Assembly: GCA_964035575.1 (NCBI GenBank) | Contig: OZ037847.1 | Coordinates: 558,001 to 622,000 of the forward strand | DNA: 64,000 bases | Source of the DNA: Rhynchopus sp. YZ270_cl-10 | Lineage: Eukaryota | Reading direction: 5' to 3' | Part shown: positions 44,501-54,623 of the stretch, piece after piece | Layout: every line of letters starts with the position of its first letter | How positions within the stretch are numbered: position 1 is the stretch's first letter | Made by a program: the position numbers and the translations under genes | The notes under the pieces: generated by a model | What the model was told of the DNA's origin: nothing | Seen by the model: the letters and a program-made list of their open reading frames with translations, nothing else | The model's database searches: none

Positions 44501-46583
44501 ACTGCTTCGCCAGGTACGAGCCGTCGTCAGCACACTTCGGAACGAAAGCACCGATCAGCCTAGGCTTGTCCTTCAGGTCGGCAACCTTTTCAGCGCATGT
44601 CTGCACGGTGGTAACAGGGGAGCACGTGGACAGCGACATGTTGTTCTTCTCTCCAGTGAGAGTGTCCACGCAGAAGCATGTTCCAGTGCTGCCCCAGCAC
44701 TGCTTCGCCAGGTACGAGCCGTCGTCAGCACACTTCGGAACGAAAGTACCGATCAGCGCAGGCTTGTCCTTCAGGTCGGCAACCTTTTCGGCGCATGTCT
44801 GCACGGTGGTGACAGGGGAGCACGCGGACAGCGACATGTTGTTCTTCTCTCCAGTGAGGGTGTCCACGCAGAAGCACGTTCCAGTGCTGCCCCAGCACTG
44901 CTTGGCAAGGTACGAGCCGTCGTCAGCACACTTCGGCACAAAGGCACCCAACAGCGCAGGCTTGTCCTTCAGGTCGGCAACCTTTTCAGCGCATGTCTGC
45001 ATGGTGGTGACAGGGGAGCACGCGGACAGTGACATGTTGTTCTTCTCTCCAGTGAGAGTGTCCACGCAGAAGCATGTTCCAGTGCTTCCCCAGCACTGCT
45101 TCGCCAGGTACGAGCCATCGTCAGCACACTTCGGAACGAAAGCACCGATCAGGGCAGGCTTGTCCTTCAGGTCGGCAACCTTTTCAGCGCATGTCTGCAC
45201 GGTGGTAACAGGGGAGCACGTGGTCAGCGACATGTTGTTCTTCTCTCCAGTGAGAGTGTCCACACAGAAGCACTCGCCAAGGTTGTTGCATTGTTTGGGT
45301 TCGTAGGATCCATCCGCTGTGCACTTGGGGTAGACCGCACCAGGGATGTAGATGGTGCTCACCATGTTCATCTTCTCCGTGCAGGTTAGCGGTTTCGGTG
45401 CCGCCACGTCACAGGCATCACCAGTCATCCCGTTCTTCTCTCCAGTGAGAGTGTCCACGCAGAAGCATGTTCCAGTGCTGCCCCAGCACTGCTTCGCCAG
45501 GTACGAGCCGTCGTCAGCACACTTCGGAACGAAAGCACCGATCAGGGCAGGCTTGTCCTTCAGGTCGGCAACCTTTTCGGCGCATGTCTGCACAGTGGTG
45601 ACAGGGGAGCACGTGGTCAGCGACATGTTGTTCTTCTCTCCAGTGAGAGTGTCCACGCAGAAGCATGTTCCTGTGCTTCCCCAGCACTGCTTCGCCAGGT
45701 ACGAGCCATCGTCAGCACACTTCGGAACGAAAGCACCGATCAGGGCAGGCTTGTCCTTCAGGTCGGCAACCTTTTCAGCGCATGTCTGCACAGTGGTGAC
45801 CGCCACGTCACAGGCATCACCAGTCATTCCGGTCTTCTCTCCAGTGAGGGTGTCCACACACCAGCACCAACCGTGGGTGCCGCCCTGGCACTGACGAGGG
45901 GCGTACATGCCGTCAGTAGTGCAGTTAGGGGTGAAGCCGCCGACGAGGTTCATGGTAACGGCCAGGTTCAGTGCCACCTGACACGGAGTAGATGCTTCTG
46001 TGTCGCAGTTGTCCCCAGTTTTGCCGTTCTTGACACCTGTTACGGGGTCGACACACCAACATTTCCCGGTGCTGCCGTGACACTGGCGTGATGTGAACGC
46101 ACCCTCGGCAGTGCATTGGGGGATGTATTGCCCGATCAGTGGTGTGGAGGTCACGTTCCGAAGACCGGCAGAGATTTCTGAACAGTTGTAGCCACACTCG
46201 GATGCGTTGTCCGCGAGAGTAATACCTGTTGACACATCGACGCAGTAACAGCCCCCGGCCTTGCACTGCATCATGCGCCATCTCTTGCCGTCATCATCGC
46301 ATACCGGCACGAACCGGTTCATGTTATTCGAGCTGTAGGCAATGTTTCTGGCAGCATCACACAGCATATCGCACGATGAGAGGGGTGCGCCTGTCTTGTC
46401 ACCTGTGTCAGGGTTGACACAGAAGACGTCTGACCCGTCGCGCTGCTGCATCACGTACGACCCGTCAGCTTCGCATCTCGGGACGTAGCCACCTGGGTTG
46501 GGTACCAGGTTCTGAGTCTCATTCTGGCACGGTGTCAGCGCCGTGGCGGCGGCGGCCGTGCAAAGAACCAGCAACATCTTCAT
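41511..46583 (-). CDS. Type I membrane protein with 24 thyroglobulin type-1 repeats (1690 aa)
   Basis: Signal peptide; 24 units of C..P.C...G.Y...QC....C(F/W)CVD..G; TM helix IWQWFVLSLGCVAGVAAVAFIV followed by RKR; acidic tail. Core repeat is 66 aa / 198 bp. Confidence 0.92.
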   Translation of the reverse strand: MKMLLVLCTAAAATALTPCQNETQNLVPNPGGYVPRCEADGSYVMQQRDGSDVFCVNPDTGDKTGAPLSSCDMLCDAARNIAYSSNNMNRFVPVCDDDGKRWRMMQCKAGGCYCVDVSTGITLADNASECGYNCSEISAGLRNVTSTPLIGQYIPQCTAEGAFTSRQCHGSTGKCWCVDPVTGVKNGKTGDNCDTEASTPCQVALNLAVTMNLVGGFTPNCTTDGMYAPRQCQGGTHGWCWCVDTLTGEKTGMTGDACDVAVTTVQTCAEKVADLKDKPALIGAFVPKCADDGSYLAKQCWGSTGTCFCVDTLTGEKNNMSLTTCSPVTTVQTCAEKVADLKDKPALIGAFVPKCADDGSYLAKQCWGSTGTCFCVDTLTGEKNGMTGDACDVAAPKPLTCTEKMNMVSTIYIPGAVYPKCTADGSYEPKQCNNLGECFCVDTLTGEKNNMSLTTCSPVTTVQTCAEKVADLKDKPALIGAFVPKCADDGSYLAKQCWGSTGTCFCVDTLTGEKNNMSLSACSPVTTMQTCAEKVADLKDKPALLGAFVPKCADDGSYLAKQCWGSTGTCFCVDTLTGEKNNMSLSACSPVTTVQTCAEKVADLKDKPALIGTFVPKCADDGSYLAKQCWGSTGTCFCVDTLTGEKNNMSLSTCSPVTTVQTCAEKVADLKDKPRLIGAFVPKCADDGSYLAKQCWGSTGTCFCVDTLTGEKNNMSLTTCSPVTTVQTCAEKVADLKDKPALIGAFVPKCADDGSYLAKQCWGSTGTCFCVDTLTGEKNGMTGDACDVAAPKPLTCTEKMNMVSTIYIPGAVYPKCTADGSYEPKQCNNLGECFCVDTLTGEKNNMSLTTCSPVTTVQTCAEKVADLKDKPALIGAFVPKCADDGSYLAKQCWGSTGTCFCVDTLTGEKNNMSLSTCSPVTTVQTCAEKVADLKDKPRLIGAFVPKCADDGSYLAKQCWGSTGTCFCVDTLTGEKNNMSLSACSPVTTVQTCAEKVADLKDKPALFGAFVPKCADDGSYLAKQCWGSTGTCFCVDTLTGEKNNMSLTECAVSSPPTCAEKAATTSRSSNTLVGHYTPQCAADGSYLAKQCWGSTGQCWCVDTLTGEKNNMSLSTCSPVTTVQTCAEKVADLKDKPALFGAFVPKCADDGSYLAKQCWGSTGTCFCVDTLTGEKNNMSLATCSPVTTVQTCAEKVADLKDKPALFGAFVPKCADDGSYLAKQCWGSTGTCFCVDTLTGEKNNMSLSECSPVTTVQTCAEKVADLKEKPTLIGAFVPKCADDGSYLAKQCWGSTGTCFCVDTLTGEKTGMTGDACDVAAPKPLTCTEKMNMVSTIYIPGAYTPKCTSSGAYEAHQCNNLGECFCVDTLTGAKNNMSLTTCTPTTTVDNTTEAKTHCQRTQHTAQNRTAQNHVGVFEPKCNAHGHYEKRQCSGSIRSCWCVDELFGERTGMKGDSCNVGECFLAKKLAVSKNASYVPICEEDGTFAKKQCFGEKCFCVDGHQHQTINKTRNLTECEETKCARHRREGTSDLNCTKDGKYKTVQCTEADCRCVDPEGSRMEREACRVIEGDVVTVLGSTVTVKTEVGTVEIEMDEVVQVAQGIELGSSLKVPVGSAAPSKVLENGTAGEEKHEGGSSPIWQWFVLSLGCVAGVAAVAFIVRKRSNRSPAYSEALEFTEADFSNMDDDELDAMAC

Positions 46584-46764
46584 GGTGCTGGTCGCTCTTT
46601 GGGAGTGTGTTCAAGTTGTGTTGTGTTTTCCTGTAGCGTATGGTTGTATGTGGGTGAGGTTGGGTAGGATTGGTTGGACAACAAAATATAGTCTTCGTTA
46701 TTTTAGTGTACAACGTTAACCGACACAAGCAAGTGACTGGCATGGTGGACTGAACACCACAACC

Positions 46765-47442
46765 TCACAGATCCCCTTCTGCCTCCTTGTCGCACGCCTC
46801 GCCGGTGAATCCATTCTTCTTCCCCGTGACCACGTCGACGCACCAGCAGTGGTTGTTTGTCCCGCTCTGGCATTGGCGTGCCTCATACCTCCCATCCCCG
46901 GAGCACGCCGGGATGTACGCGCCCACGAGCTTTGAGGTGAGGGCGTGCTCGCGGATGGTCTCACACTCCGTGGGTTTGCGCTCTCTGTCGCATTTCTGGC
47001 CAGTCATTTTGCTCCGCTCCCCTGTGAAAGTGTCGACGCACCAGCAGAGGTCCTGCACCCCACCTTGGCATTGGCGCAGAAGGTAGGTTCCGTCTTTTGC
47101 GCACTTTGGAACATACCCGCCGACACGTCTTACTTTGAGCGCATCTTTGCGTGCAGTGGTACACGGGACGGGCTCGATATCACACGCACGACCATAGTTG
47201 TTGTTTCTCTTGCCTGTGACCTCGTCGACACACCAGCAATCATCTCTAGCCTCATCCTCGCACTGGCGGCGCTGATACGTGCCCCTCTCTGTGCACTTGG
47301 GGACGTACATGTCGGCGGGATTGCGTTCAAGCGCAACCTTTCTTGCATCCTCGCATCCGGCAGTGGAGCCCGTAGTAGGCACAACCAGCGTACACACCAC
47401 TATCAGCATTGCTGCCGACACAGTCATGGTGCAACGAGCCAT
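46765..47442 (-). CDS. Secreted protein with 3 thyroglobulin type-1 domains (equistatin-like architecture), 225 aa
   Basis: Signal peptide plus three YxPxC..G.Y..RQC....CWCVD..TG units; no TM helix. Confidence 0.9.
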   Translation of the reverse strand: MARCTMTVSAAMLIVVCTLVVPTTGSTAGCEDARKVALERNPADMYVPKCTERGTYQRRQCEDEARDDCWCVDEVTGKRNNNYGRACDIEPVPCTTARKDALKVRRVGGYVPKCAKDGTYLLRQCQGGVQDLCWCVDTFTGERSKMTGQKCDRERKPTECETIREHALTSKLVGAYIPACSGDGRYEARQCQSGTNNHCWCVDVVTGKKNGFTGEACDKEAEGDL

Positions 47443-47733
47443 CTTATTTGTTAATTCAAAAGGCAGCCTGGGTGGGGGTGGGTCAGGGTTGCAAAAGAAA
47501 AATCTGCCACGACTATCTGAGTCCTACCTTCTAAAAGAAAACGTACACCATAACCCCCGCTACACCTTGCCTTGTCACTGGGTCCCGTCGTGATCGACCG
47601 CACCTACCCACCCCCCACAGAAAAATACGACTCACAACACTCTGAACAAATTGGGGCAAACCTTTTTTAGCTTTTTCTAACTCATTGTATAATCTAGTAT
47701 TCTAAACAAGGCTTGGGAAGGGGTGGGGGTGAT

Positions 47734-50700
47734 CTACGACGATGGGTGCACGTCGTGTGTGTTTACGTCTGAGGAGAAGCCGTAGGCGCTGCGCACCAAG
47801 CCTGCCATGGAGTTGGGGTTGAAGGAAGGGAAGTTGGCTGGGCTGGAGGCTGTCGCGGCGCTGCGGGGGCTCATGACGTCGGAGGAGACGGCGGCAATGC
47901 CGTTTGCGTATCCGTCGATATCGGACGCTCTTTTGTCGCTGCGTTTGTCCTTGACGTCGTGATCATCGAGACCAAAAATCTTTTCCACTTCACTAAACTT
48001 TTCACTCGCCATCTTCAATATCCCCCCTGCAACTGGGCTGGGCAAATCCATATTTCTCTTATCCGCTAGGTGCCCAGCAATAGAACTGGCACCTCCGGTG
48101 CCCACTGCGGCACCGCTTGCCTTATGGCAGAGTGTGTCGTCAAGCACCTGCCTGTGGAGGGTGTTGATCTCCTGCAGCAAGGCCTCTCGGAGGTACGGGT
48201 CGGCAGCCTCCTCCGCAGCAGTCTCGAGGGAGTCGAGCTTGTGTTTCATGTTGTCCAGATAGGAGACAATCGAGTCAAGTTCGTTGTTCATTTTTTCTGC
48301 AGGGACAGCCCGCTGGCCAGACGCAGAAGCATGCAAAATGCCCGACGCAATCCCTGACGTGCCCCCGAGCTCTGAAGGAATCACCTTGGAGTGCAGAATG
48401 TCGGGTTCCAACTCAGAGATGGCCCTATGTGAGGATGGGTTGTTCGTTGGGTGGCGTGAGGTTGGCGGGTTGGAACCAGGCATAGGCGCAAAGTTGACGC
48501 CGCCTGCGGTGTGCACGTCAGCCTGGCTCGCTGTGTCAGAGAGGAGGCGGTCGTTCTCGCCCTGCAGGGTGCGGTTTGCGGAGGAGAGCACCAAGATGCG
48601 CTCCTTCAGCTGCTCAATGGTTTCGCAGAGGTTTTCGTTGTTGCGCTGCAGCTCGCGTTTGACGACCTGAACAAGATAAATCATGAACAAAGTGAACAAA
48701 GAAGGGGGATAGCAGAACGATGACAACATGCTGCCACACAATGCAAGATATGGCTGGCGAGAGGAAAATTTAAACATTGAACAGTCGCACAAAAGAGAAA
48801 GGTTGTAAAGATGATCACCGTATAGCCAAACGCATGACAACATACCTGCTCATGCTGCAGCTGCGTGTAGAGCCCCATTGTCGCGCTGTCGCCTTTGAGC
48901 TGCTCAAGCTCTGCCTCCGCCTTTTTGAGTGCCTCTTCCTTCTCAAGGAGGCTTTCCTCCAGACGCTTGATCCTCTCCATGAGGTCCTCGTCTTCGGTGG
49001 CACCTTCGTTGGTGGAGAGCTTGCCGAGGTCGCTGAGCGTCTTTTGGGTGTCGCCGAGCGCCTTCTTGATCTTCTTGGAGCGGGAGTTGGTGGAGGCAAG
49101 GTCCGCCTCTTCACGACGCCGCTCGCTTTCGCGGAGCTGGGAGAGCTCGTCTCTGAGCTTCGCCATCTCCTGCTCGTATTGGCGTTTCAGTTGGTCGAGG
49201 AGGTCGGGCTGCTCACGGAGCTTGGCCTTGAGGTCGGCAATGACGGCATCGCGTTCGTCATTGGCCTTCTTGAGGCTGTCGACCTCGCTCATGACCTCGC
49301 TCGTGCGGCTCTGCTCCTCCGCAAGCTTCTGTTCCACGTCGTGCTTCTCGCAAGAGAGGTCCTGCTTGATGCGCTCCAGTTCAGTGTTGTAGGCAGTCTG
49401 GTACTGCTTCGCCTTCTGCGACACCTCAGACAGCAGCTCCCCCAGCCTCCGTACCTCTGTCGAAAGCATATCGCGGTCCGTGCGTGCCTGCGTCAGGTCG
49501 TCGCTCAGCTGTGCGTTCTTCTCTTGGCTCAGTGTCAACGCCTCCGACAAAGAGGATACCTGGACCTCGAGGGAGCCGATGGCAGCCACAGCCTCTTTGT
49601 TCGCAATGCGCAAGGAAGCCAGCTCAGAGGTGTCGGAGATGGCATCGCGCAGGTTTTCTTCGAGTTGGATGTGACGTTCGTCGCGGTGCACGGTCTGCTG
49701 GCGTAGTGTTTCGTTCTCTGTCGCGACTGCGGTGAGCTGGTTCGTGAGGCTTGTGACCTGCGTTTCGTAGCGGAGGAGACACTTCTTTTCGCAGCTTGCG
49801 AGGTGCTCCTGCTTGTCTTGCAGGTAGCTTTCGTGGTCCGCTGCGCTGCGTTCCTTGAGGGCAACGACTTCGGAGAGGAGTCTTTCGTGGCTGTCGGTGA
49901 TGGTGTGGATCTTGGAGAGGAGGTTCTCGTTTTTGGCTTTGAGGTCGTGTATTGTGTCTGTGGCGTCGGTTTGCATTTGGTCGTGCTGCTGTTGGCGGCG
50001 TCGGTATGCCTCCGCCTGCGCCTCTGCAGACGACTCTGTAGCCTGGAAGAATTCACGCTCCTTTGCTTCCATCTGCGACGACGTCTCCTGCACTGTCTGC
50101 TGCAGTGCCTGTACCTGCCCCTGCAGTGTGGCCACCTCTGCCAGGCGCTCATCCGCCAACGCCTTCGCGCTGCTCATCTCGGCAAAGGGATGCGTCGCTA
50201 GCTGGAACCCCATCACCTTCACACGCCCATCCGACGCAGCGTTCCACACCACATCCCCAGAGAAGTGCCCCACCACGTTCCCTGCAGTGTGCCTCATATT
50301 CGCCTTCTCCGTCAGCCTCCCCTCGCATGGCTCCTTCCACTCATTCGTGATGGCGCATGTATCTCGCGAGACAGTCATCACCGACCCATCCTTCAAAAAG
50401 ATTTGAAGCTGTGCCATATTCACTTGATGCATTGAAATGATGTCAGATGTGATCTTGTACGGCGGGTGTGCGTTGATGACACGGAGCGCCTTCTTTGCCT
50501 GCAGGTCCCAGAGGCGGATGGTGCGGTCGTCAGAGGCAGACCACAGCATGCCGTTGACGAGAACCAGGCCAACGATGGCGGCGGTGTGCCCGATCAGGTC
50601 GAAGCAGCTCTGTGGGTCTGGTCTGGAGTAGACGCGGATGACGCCGTCGTGCCCACCGGTAACCAGAACAGCGCACCCAGCCTCCCCCGACACCATGTAC

Positions 50701-51488
50701 TTCACAGAGGAAGACGACGGGGACGTCAGCTGGTGCACCTGGCGGTACCCCACAGGGCACCACTGCGTGACCTTCCAGTCCGCACCACTCGAAAACACAG
50801 TGCCAAAAGCCTCGCACAACGCAAAGACACCGCCATTATGCTTGCCAATCTCCCGAATGAGCGCCCCGCTCGCGATGCTGAAGACACGAATAATCCCGTC
50901 GTTGAACCCGACCCACACTGTCGGGCCGTCGTGGCTTTCGTTCTTCAAAAAAAATCCGACCCTGATCATCGCAGCGGCAATTGTTCCGGGGCGTCTGAAG
51001 ACCTCAGAGGTGACCTCTCCTGAGAGGACGTCGCGGGCTTTGATTGCACCAGACCTGTCGGCTGTCCACACGGTCGTAGGGTCTACGGGGCAGAAGCATT
51101 TTGTGTCGGCTGCGAAGGAGTGGATGAGGTGTGGCGATTCTGTTGCAACGTTGATGGCAGCGTCTTGTGGAGGCTGCGCGTGGGCTGAGGGCAGGGGGAA
51201 GAGCGTCTTGGCAGATGCAAGCGATCCTGCCCGCTTTGGGGAGACAGTCACCTGCTGCTGTGTGCTGTGTGTAGGCGGACGCAGAGGGGCAGCAATGCTC
51301 GCGATGGGCACCCCACCCCCACGTCCAATGTCTTCTGTCTGGTGTGGCAGTGCACGCTGTGCCTGCTGTAGCCCCGGATGGTGCAGACCCAAACGTAGCG
51401 CTCCTACCGCGGAGCTTGCACTACCTGACCCAGTCCCACCACTCCCACTGCCCCTTCTACGCATGGGGCTCGTGGTGCGAAACGACAT
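47734..51488 (-). CDS. WD40-repeat plus long coiled-coil protein, 2 exons
   Basis: WD40 motifs (VWVGFNDG, TGGHDGVIRVY, GHTAAI..WSASDDRTIRLWD) and a heptad-rich region. Intron 48667-48845 (GTATGT..TTCAG) joins LQHEQ to VVKRELQ in frame. Confidence 0.85.
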
Positions 51489-52310
51489 TGTTTGAAAAGT
51501 CCTGAAAATATGAGTGGGAGAGGGAAATTTTGACAAAAAATATCTCGTTGACTGTGTTTGGCTCCGTTCTATGACTACCTTGGTGTGATATGGGGTGGAC
51601 CAAATGAAAAAAAAAATTTTTTTTTGGGAGGCACAGAATAAGGTGGTATGTAGGTTCCGGCTGGGGGAAAGAGCTAAACCTCACTGTGATTTGTCACATA
51701 AGAAGCTGAAGAAGCTGAGAATTAGGGGTGAAAAATAAAGCTGATCTTTTTTTTGTGCGTAGGTTGATTGTGTAGACGAAAGGTTTTGGATGGCTGAGCC
51801 TCTCTGTGCTTAGCCAAATCAAGAGGGGGTGAGGGGGCAGGGATGATCTGTCACAGCAACGTAGAGGGCTTGAAGACAGCGATCCCTGTTTTCTTGCTTT
51901 TATTTTTATGCTGCTCCGGGAGGAGTCGATATTGACAGGTCGCTGACACAGGGACTTTATACACACCCCCCTGATATTGACAGGTCACCGACAGGTCGTT
52001 GACCGACTTCCGAAAGCACCATTTTATTTTTCATTTTTTTTCTTCTTCGATTTGACAAAGGAAAAGAGGGCAATTTGGCAGTGTAGAAACAGCGCCAAAA
52101 ATACCCTGCAAAAAGAGGGGGAAATGTCTGAAATTTGTCTTTTTTTTTTTTTGTTCCTTTTTGTTCTTTTTTTGTCTAAACACCATATGCCATGGTGTTT
52201 ATATGAACCATTCATATGAAATTTTCCCCCAGTGCATTCTGTTTGCTTTTTTTTGTATTCTACAATCGATCCACAAAAGGCTTTTTTTGATAACCCCTTT
52301 CTTTTTCCGA

Positions 52311-52355
52311 AAACTTGGTTGTATTAGTGTAGCCACCCTAGAATGTGCTCCACTA
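52311..52355 (-). repeat. Dispersed hairpin family B (representative)
   Basis: Minus strand TAGTGGAGCACATTCTAGGGTGGCTACACTA-ATACAACCAAGTTTT. Copies at 10644, 17097, 20056, 22251, 62881 (partial) and 14596 (inverted); diverged copies at 59234 and 59980. Confidence 0.85.
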
Positions 52356-52644
52356 TTTTTTCTCTCTTTTTTTTTGTCATGCAATTGCCATAGACATTCT
52401 TCACAGTCTGCAATCAACCCCAAGGTTCAGCACTCAAACGGCACACCCAAAATGGATAGCACCCTTACAGAAGCGGTACAACCCCTCCCACACAAGGAGA
52501 TGAGACACTAGAAGGTTCTGGTTCTGACACCCCATTTATCCCCATACCTATACAATGGCAATTCTGCAATGCTTCCTTCGGAGCGACAGCGTGCACCCCC
52601 ACCCCCCTTTCCCCTTTCCCCCATCAAAATATCTATCTTTCTAA

Positions 52645-53400
52645 TCACTGCCTCAGCCCGGTTCTGTCTCCAAAGTAGCCTGCCAGGCCAGCGTTGATAC
52701 CTCCGTGGACAGCCCTCCTGACACAATCGGAAACAGCACTGGTTGTGACTCGAATGTGGTGTGGTTTGTCGTAGTGGAGGTTGAAGAGACGTCGAAAGGA
52801 GGCACGCATAAGACGTGCCTCATGCTTGGCACGGAGCACCTCACTGACACGCTGTTTGTTCTCTGTCAGCTGCGCTCGTAGACGCGGTTGATACCGTTCG
52901 TCGATAAACTCCTCCATAGCGCTGATGCTGAGCCGCGTGATCCTTGGGTTTTCTTGCAGCAATTTGAGAAACACTGTTGAGGTCAGCTTTCCGAAGGAAT
53001 TCTGCGAGAGATCCAACCCGACGATGCCTTGGTGGGTGACGGCAACTTCTGTTACAGCGCAGGCATCTGCAGAGGTGAGGCCACAGTCTCGCATGCACAG
53101 CGCTTTGAGGTCCTTCATTGCATTGTGCCGGAGTGTGTCGAAGAAGGCAAGACATCCTTTGCGTCCAAGCAGCACATTCTCAAGCTTCAGGGAGAACCCG
53201 TACTGATTCGCCTCGTAGCGTTTGAGCTCACCCCACACGGCGCTGTTCTGCCTACACTGCAGACGTCTGCAGCACCGCTCGTAAACCAGCAATGGGGAAC
53301 GCTCCTCAGCAGGAAGCGGTTCCAAGCTTCCGTAGCCCTCAGGCAGCGCGACCTGCTCCTCGCTCATCTGCGTGATCAGAACATCTCCGTTGCCTTGCAT
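52645..53400 (-). CDS. RNI-like leucine-rich repeat protein (251 aa)
   Basis: LRR units LKLENVLLG, LCMRDCGLT, LDLSQNSFG, ITRLSIS. Confidence 0.7.
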   Translation of the reverse strand: MQGNGDVLITQMSEEQVALPEGYGSLEPLPAEERSPLLVYERCCRRLQCRQNSAVWGELKRYEANQYGFSLKLENVLLGRKGCLAFFDTLRHNAMKDLKALCMRDCGLTSADACAVTEVAVTHQGIVGLDLSQNSFGKLTSTVFLKLLQENPRITRLSISAMEEFIDERYQPRLRAQLTENKQRVSEVLRAKHEARLMRASFRRLFNLHYDKPHHIRVTTSAVSDCVRRAVHGGINAGLAGYFGDRTGLRQ

Positions 53401-54594
53401 CTGTTGAAGTTTATAAGCGCATTTCTAGAACGTCAATCATGAACTTTTTTTTTGGAATTTTCTATGACAGCATGCCTGAATGTTGAGGGTTATTTGGGGG
53501 AGTAAACTTTCAATCAACCACAAAATCTGTTGCGGGAAATTCCGCTAGGGTTGCTTCTCATTCAGAGCAACCACAAGGTGAGAGGCAGAACCATCAGCTG
53601 CCAAGAAGGTGGGTCGTTACAACGCCTGAGATTAGTTGGTAGAAAAGAGAGAGAGAGAGGGGGAAGGGATCGTTTTTAGTGTTTTTGTATGTTAATGGAT
53701 TTTTTTTTTTTTGGAAGGGAGGGTGGGGGGAGAGGGTGGTGATGGGTTTTGTGCAATGGGTTTGTGGGTTTTGGGGTGGTATTTCTAGGTCATGGAGGGG
53801 GGCTTACTTAGCTGGTAAAAAAAAAAGAGAGAAAAAGAAAAAAAAAAGTTGTAAGGTGAATGTGCCTCGTGCACATATCTTTAAAGAATATAAAAAAAAG
53901 TTGGTAAAGATGACCATAAGCCTGTGCTTAGATCCACCTTGATCACAATCTTATAAAGGGGGGGTATCACGTTTGTTTGAAATCTCCTAAATTTGATTCA
54001 AAAAAAAGGGCAAAAGAGAAAAAAAAAAAATACAAGCTGACGGAGTCAGGGGGGTTTCGCTTTGAGATTTTCTGTGAATTGTTACAGACTGTGAACAGAC
54101 TGTGTTTTGACAAGACTCAGGAAAAAAAAAAAAAACAACAACATTGTTGTAGATAACCCTCCCATTACCTGGTAAACTCATACGGGATTTACTTTTCGAG
54201 ACTTCGAAAATACAGTTCCAAATAAAGAAAACTTGAAAGATGGATGTGCCTCTCCTCCCACATACACACACGTCTTTACCACAATCGTAATCAATCAAGG
54301 AGGCCTTAAATGAAATACTCCTCTCTCTGTGCACAGTGTTATTTCAAGTAAAGCCATTCCTTGATTTTGCTTATCACCCCACCCCCCTTTTTTATTTAGT
54401 CAGCGTTCGCTTCGTTACTGGGAAGATCAAATCAGGGCAGCTCTTAAGGGGAAGTACCCTCCACAGTGCGTGACCACCTTCGCTTCCCAGGGGTTAGCCA
54501 TCCCAGCACTTTTTACCCTCAGGCCAAGACCTTCACAGGGTTTCTAGAGGAAGTGCCCCCCCGGATGCAGTTTTAGGTCCAGCCCACGACCAAA

Positions 54595-54623
54595 CAACCG
54601 TAGCAGGACTCGAACCTGCAACC
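54595..54623 (-). pseudogene. tRNA 3' fragment (T-arm plus acceptor 3' strand), tRNA-Arg-like
   Basis: Minus strand GGTTGCAGG-TTCGAGT-CCTGC-TACGGTTG is a perfect T stem-loop/B-box; the 5' half is absent (poly-A upstream). Confidence 0.6.
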
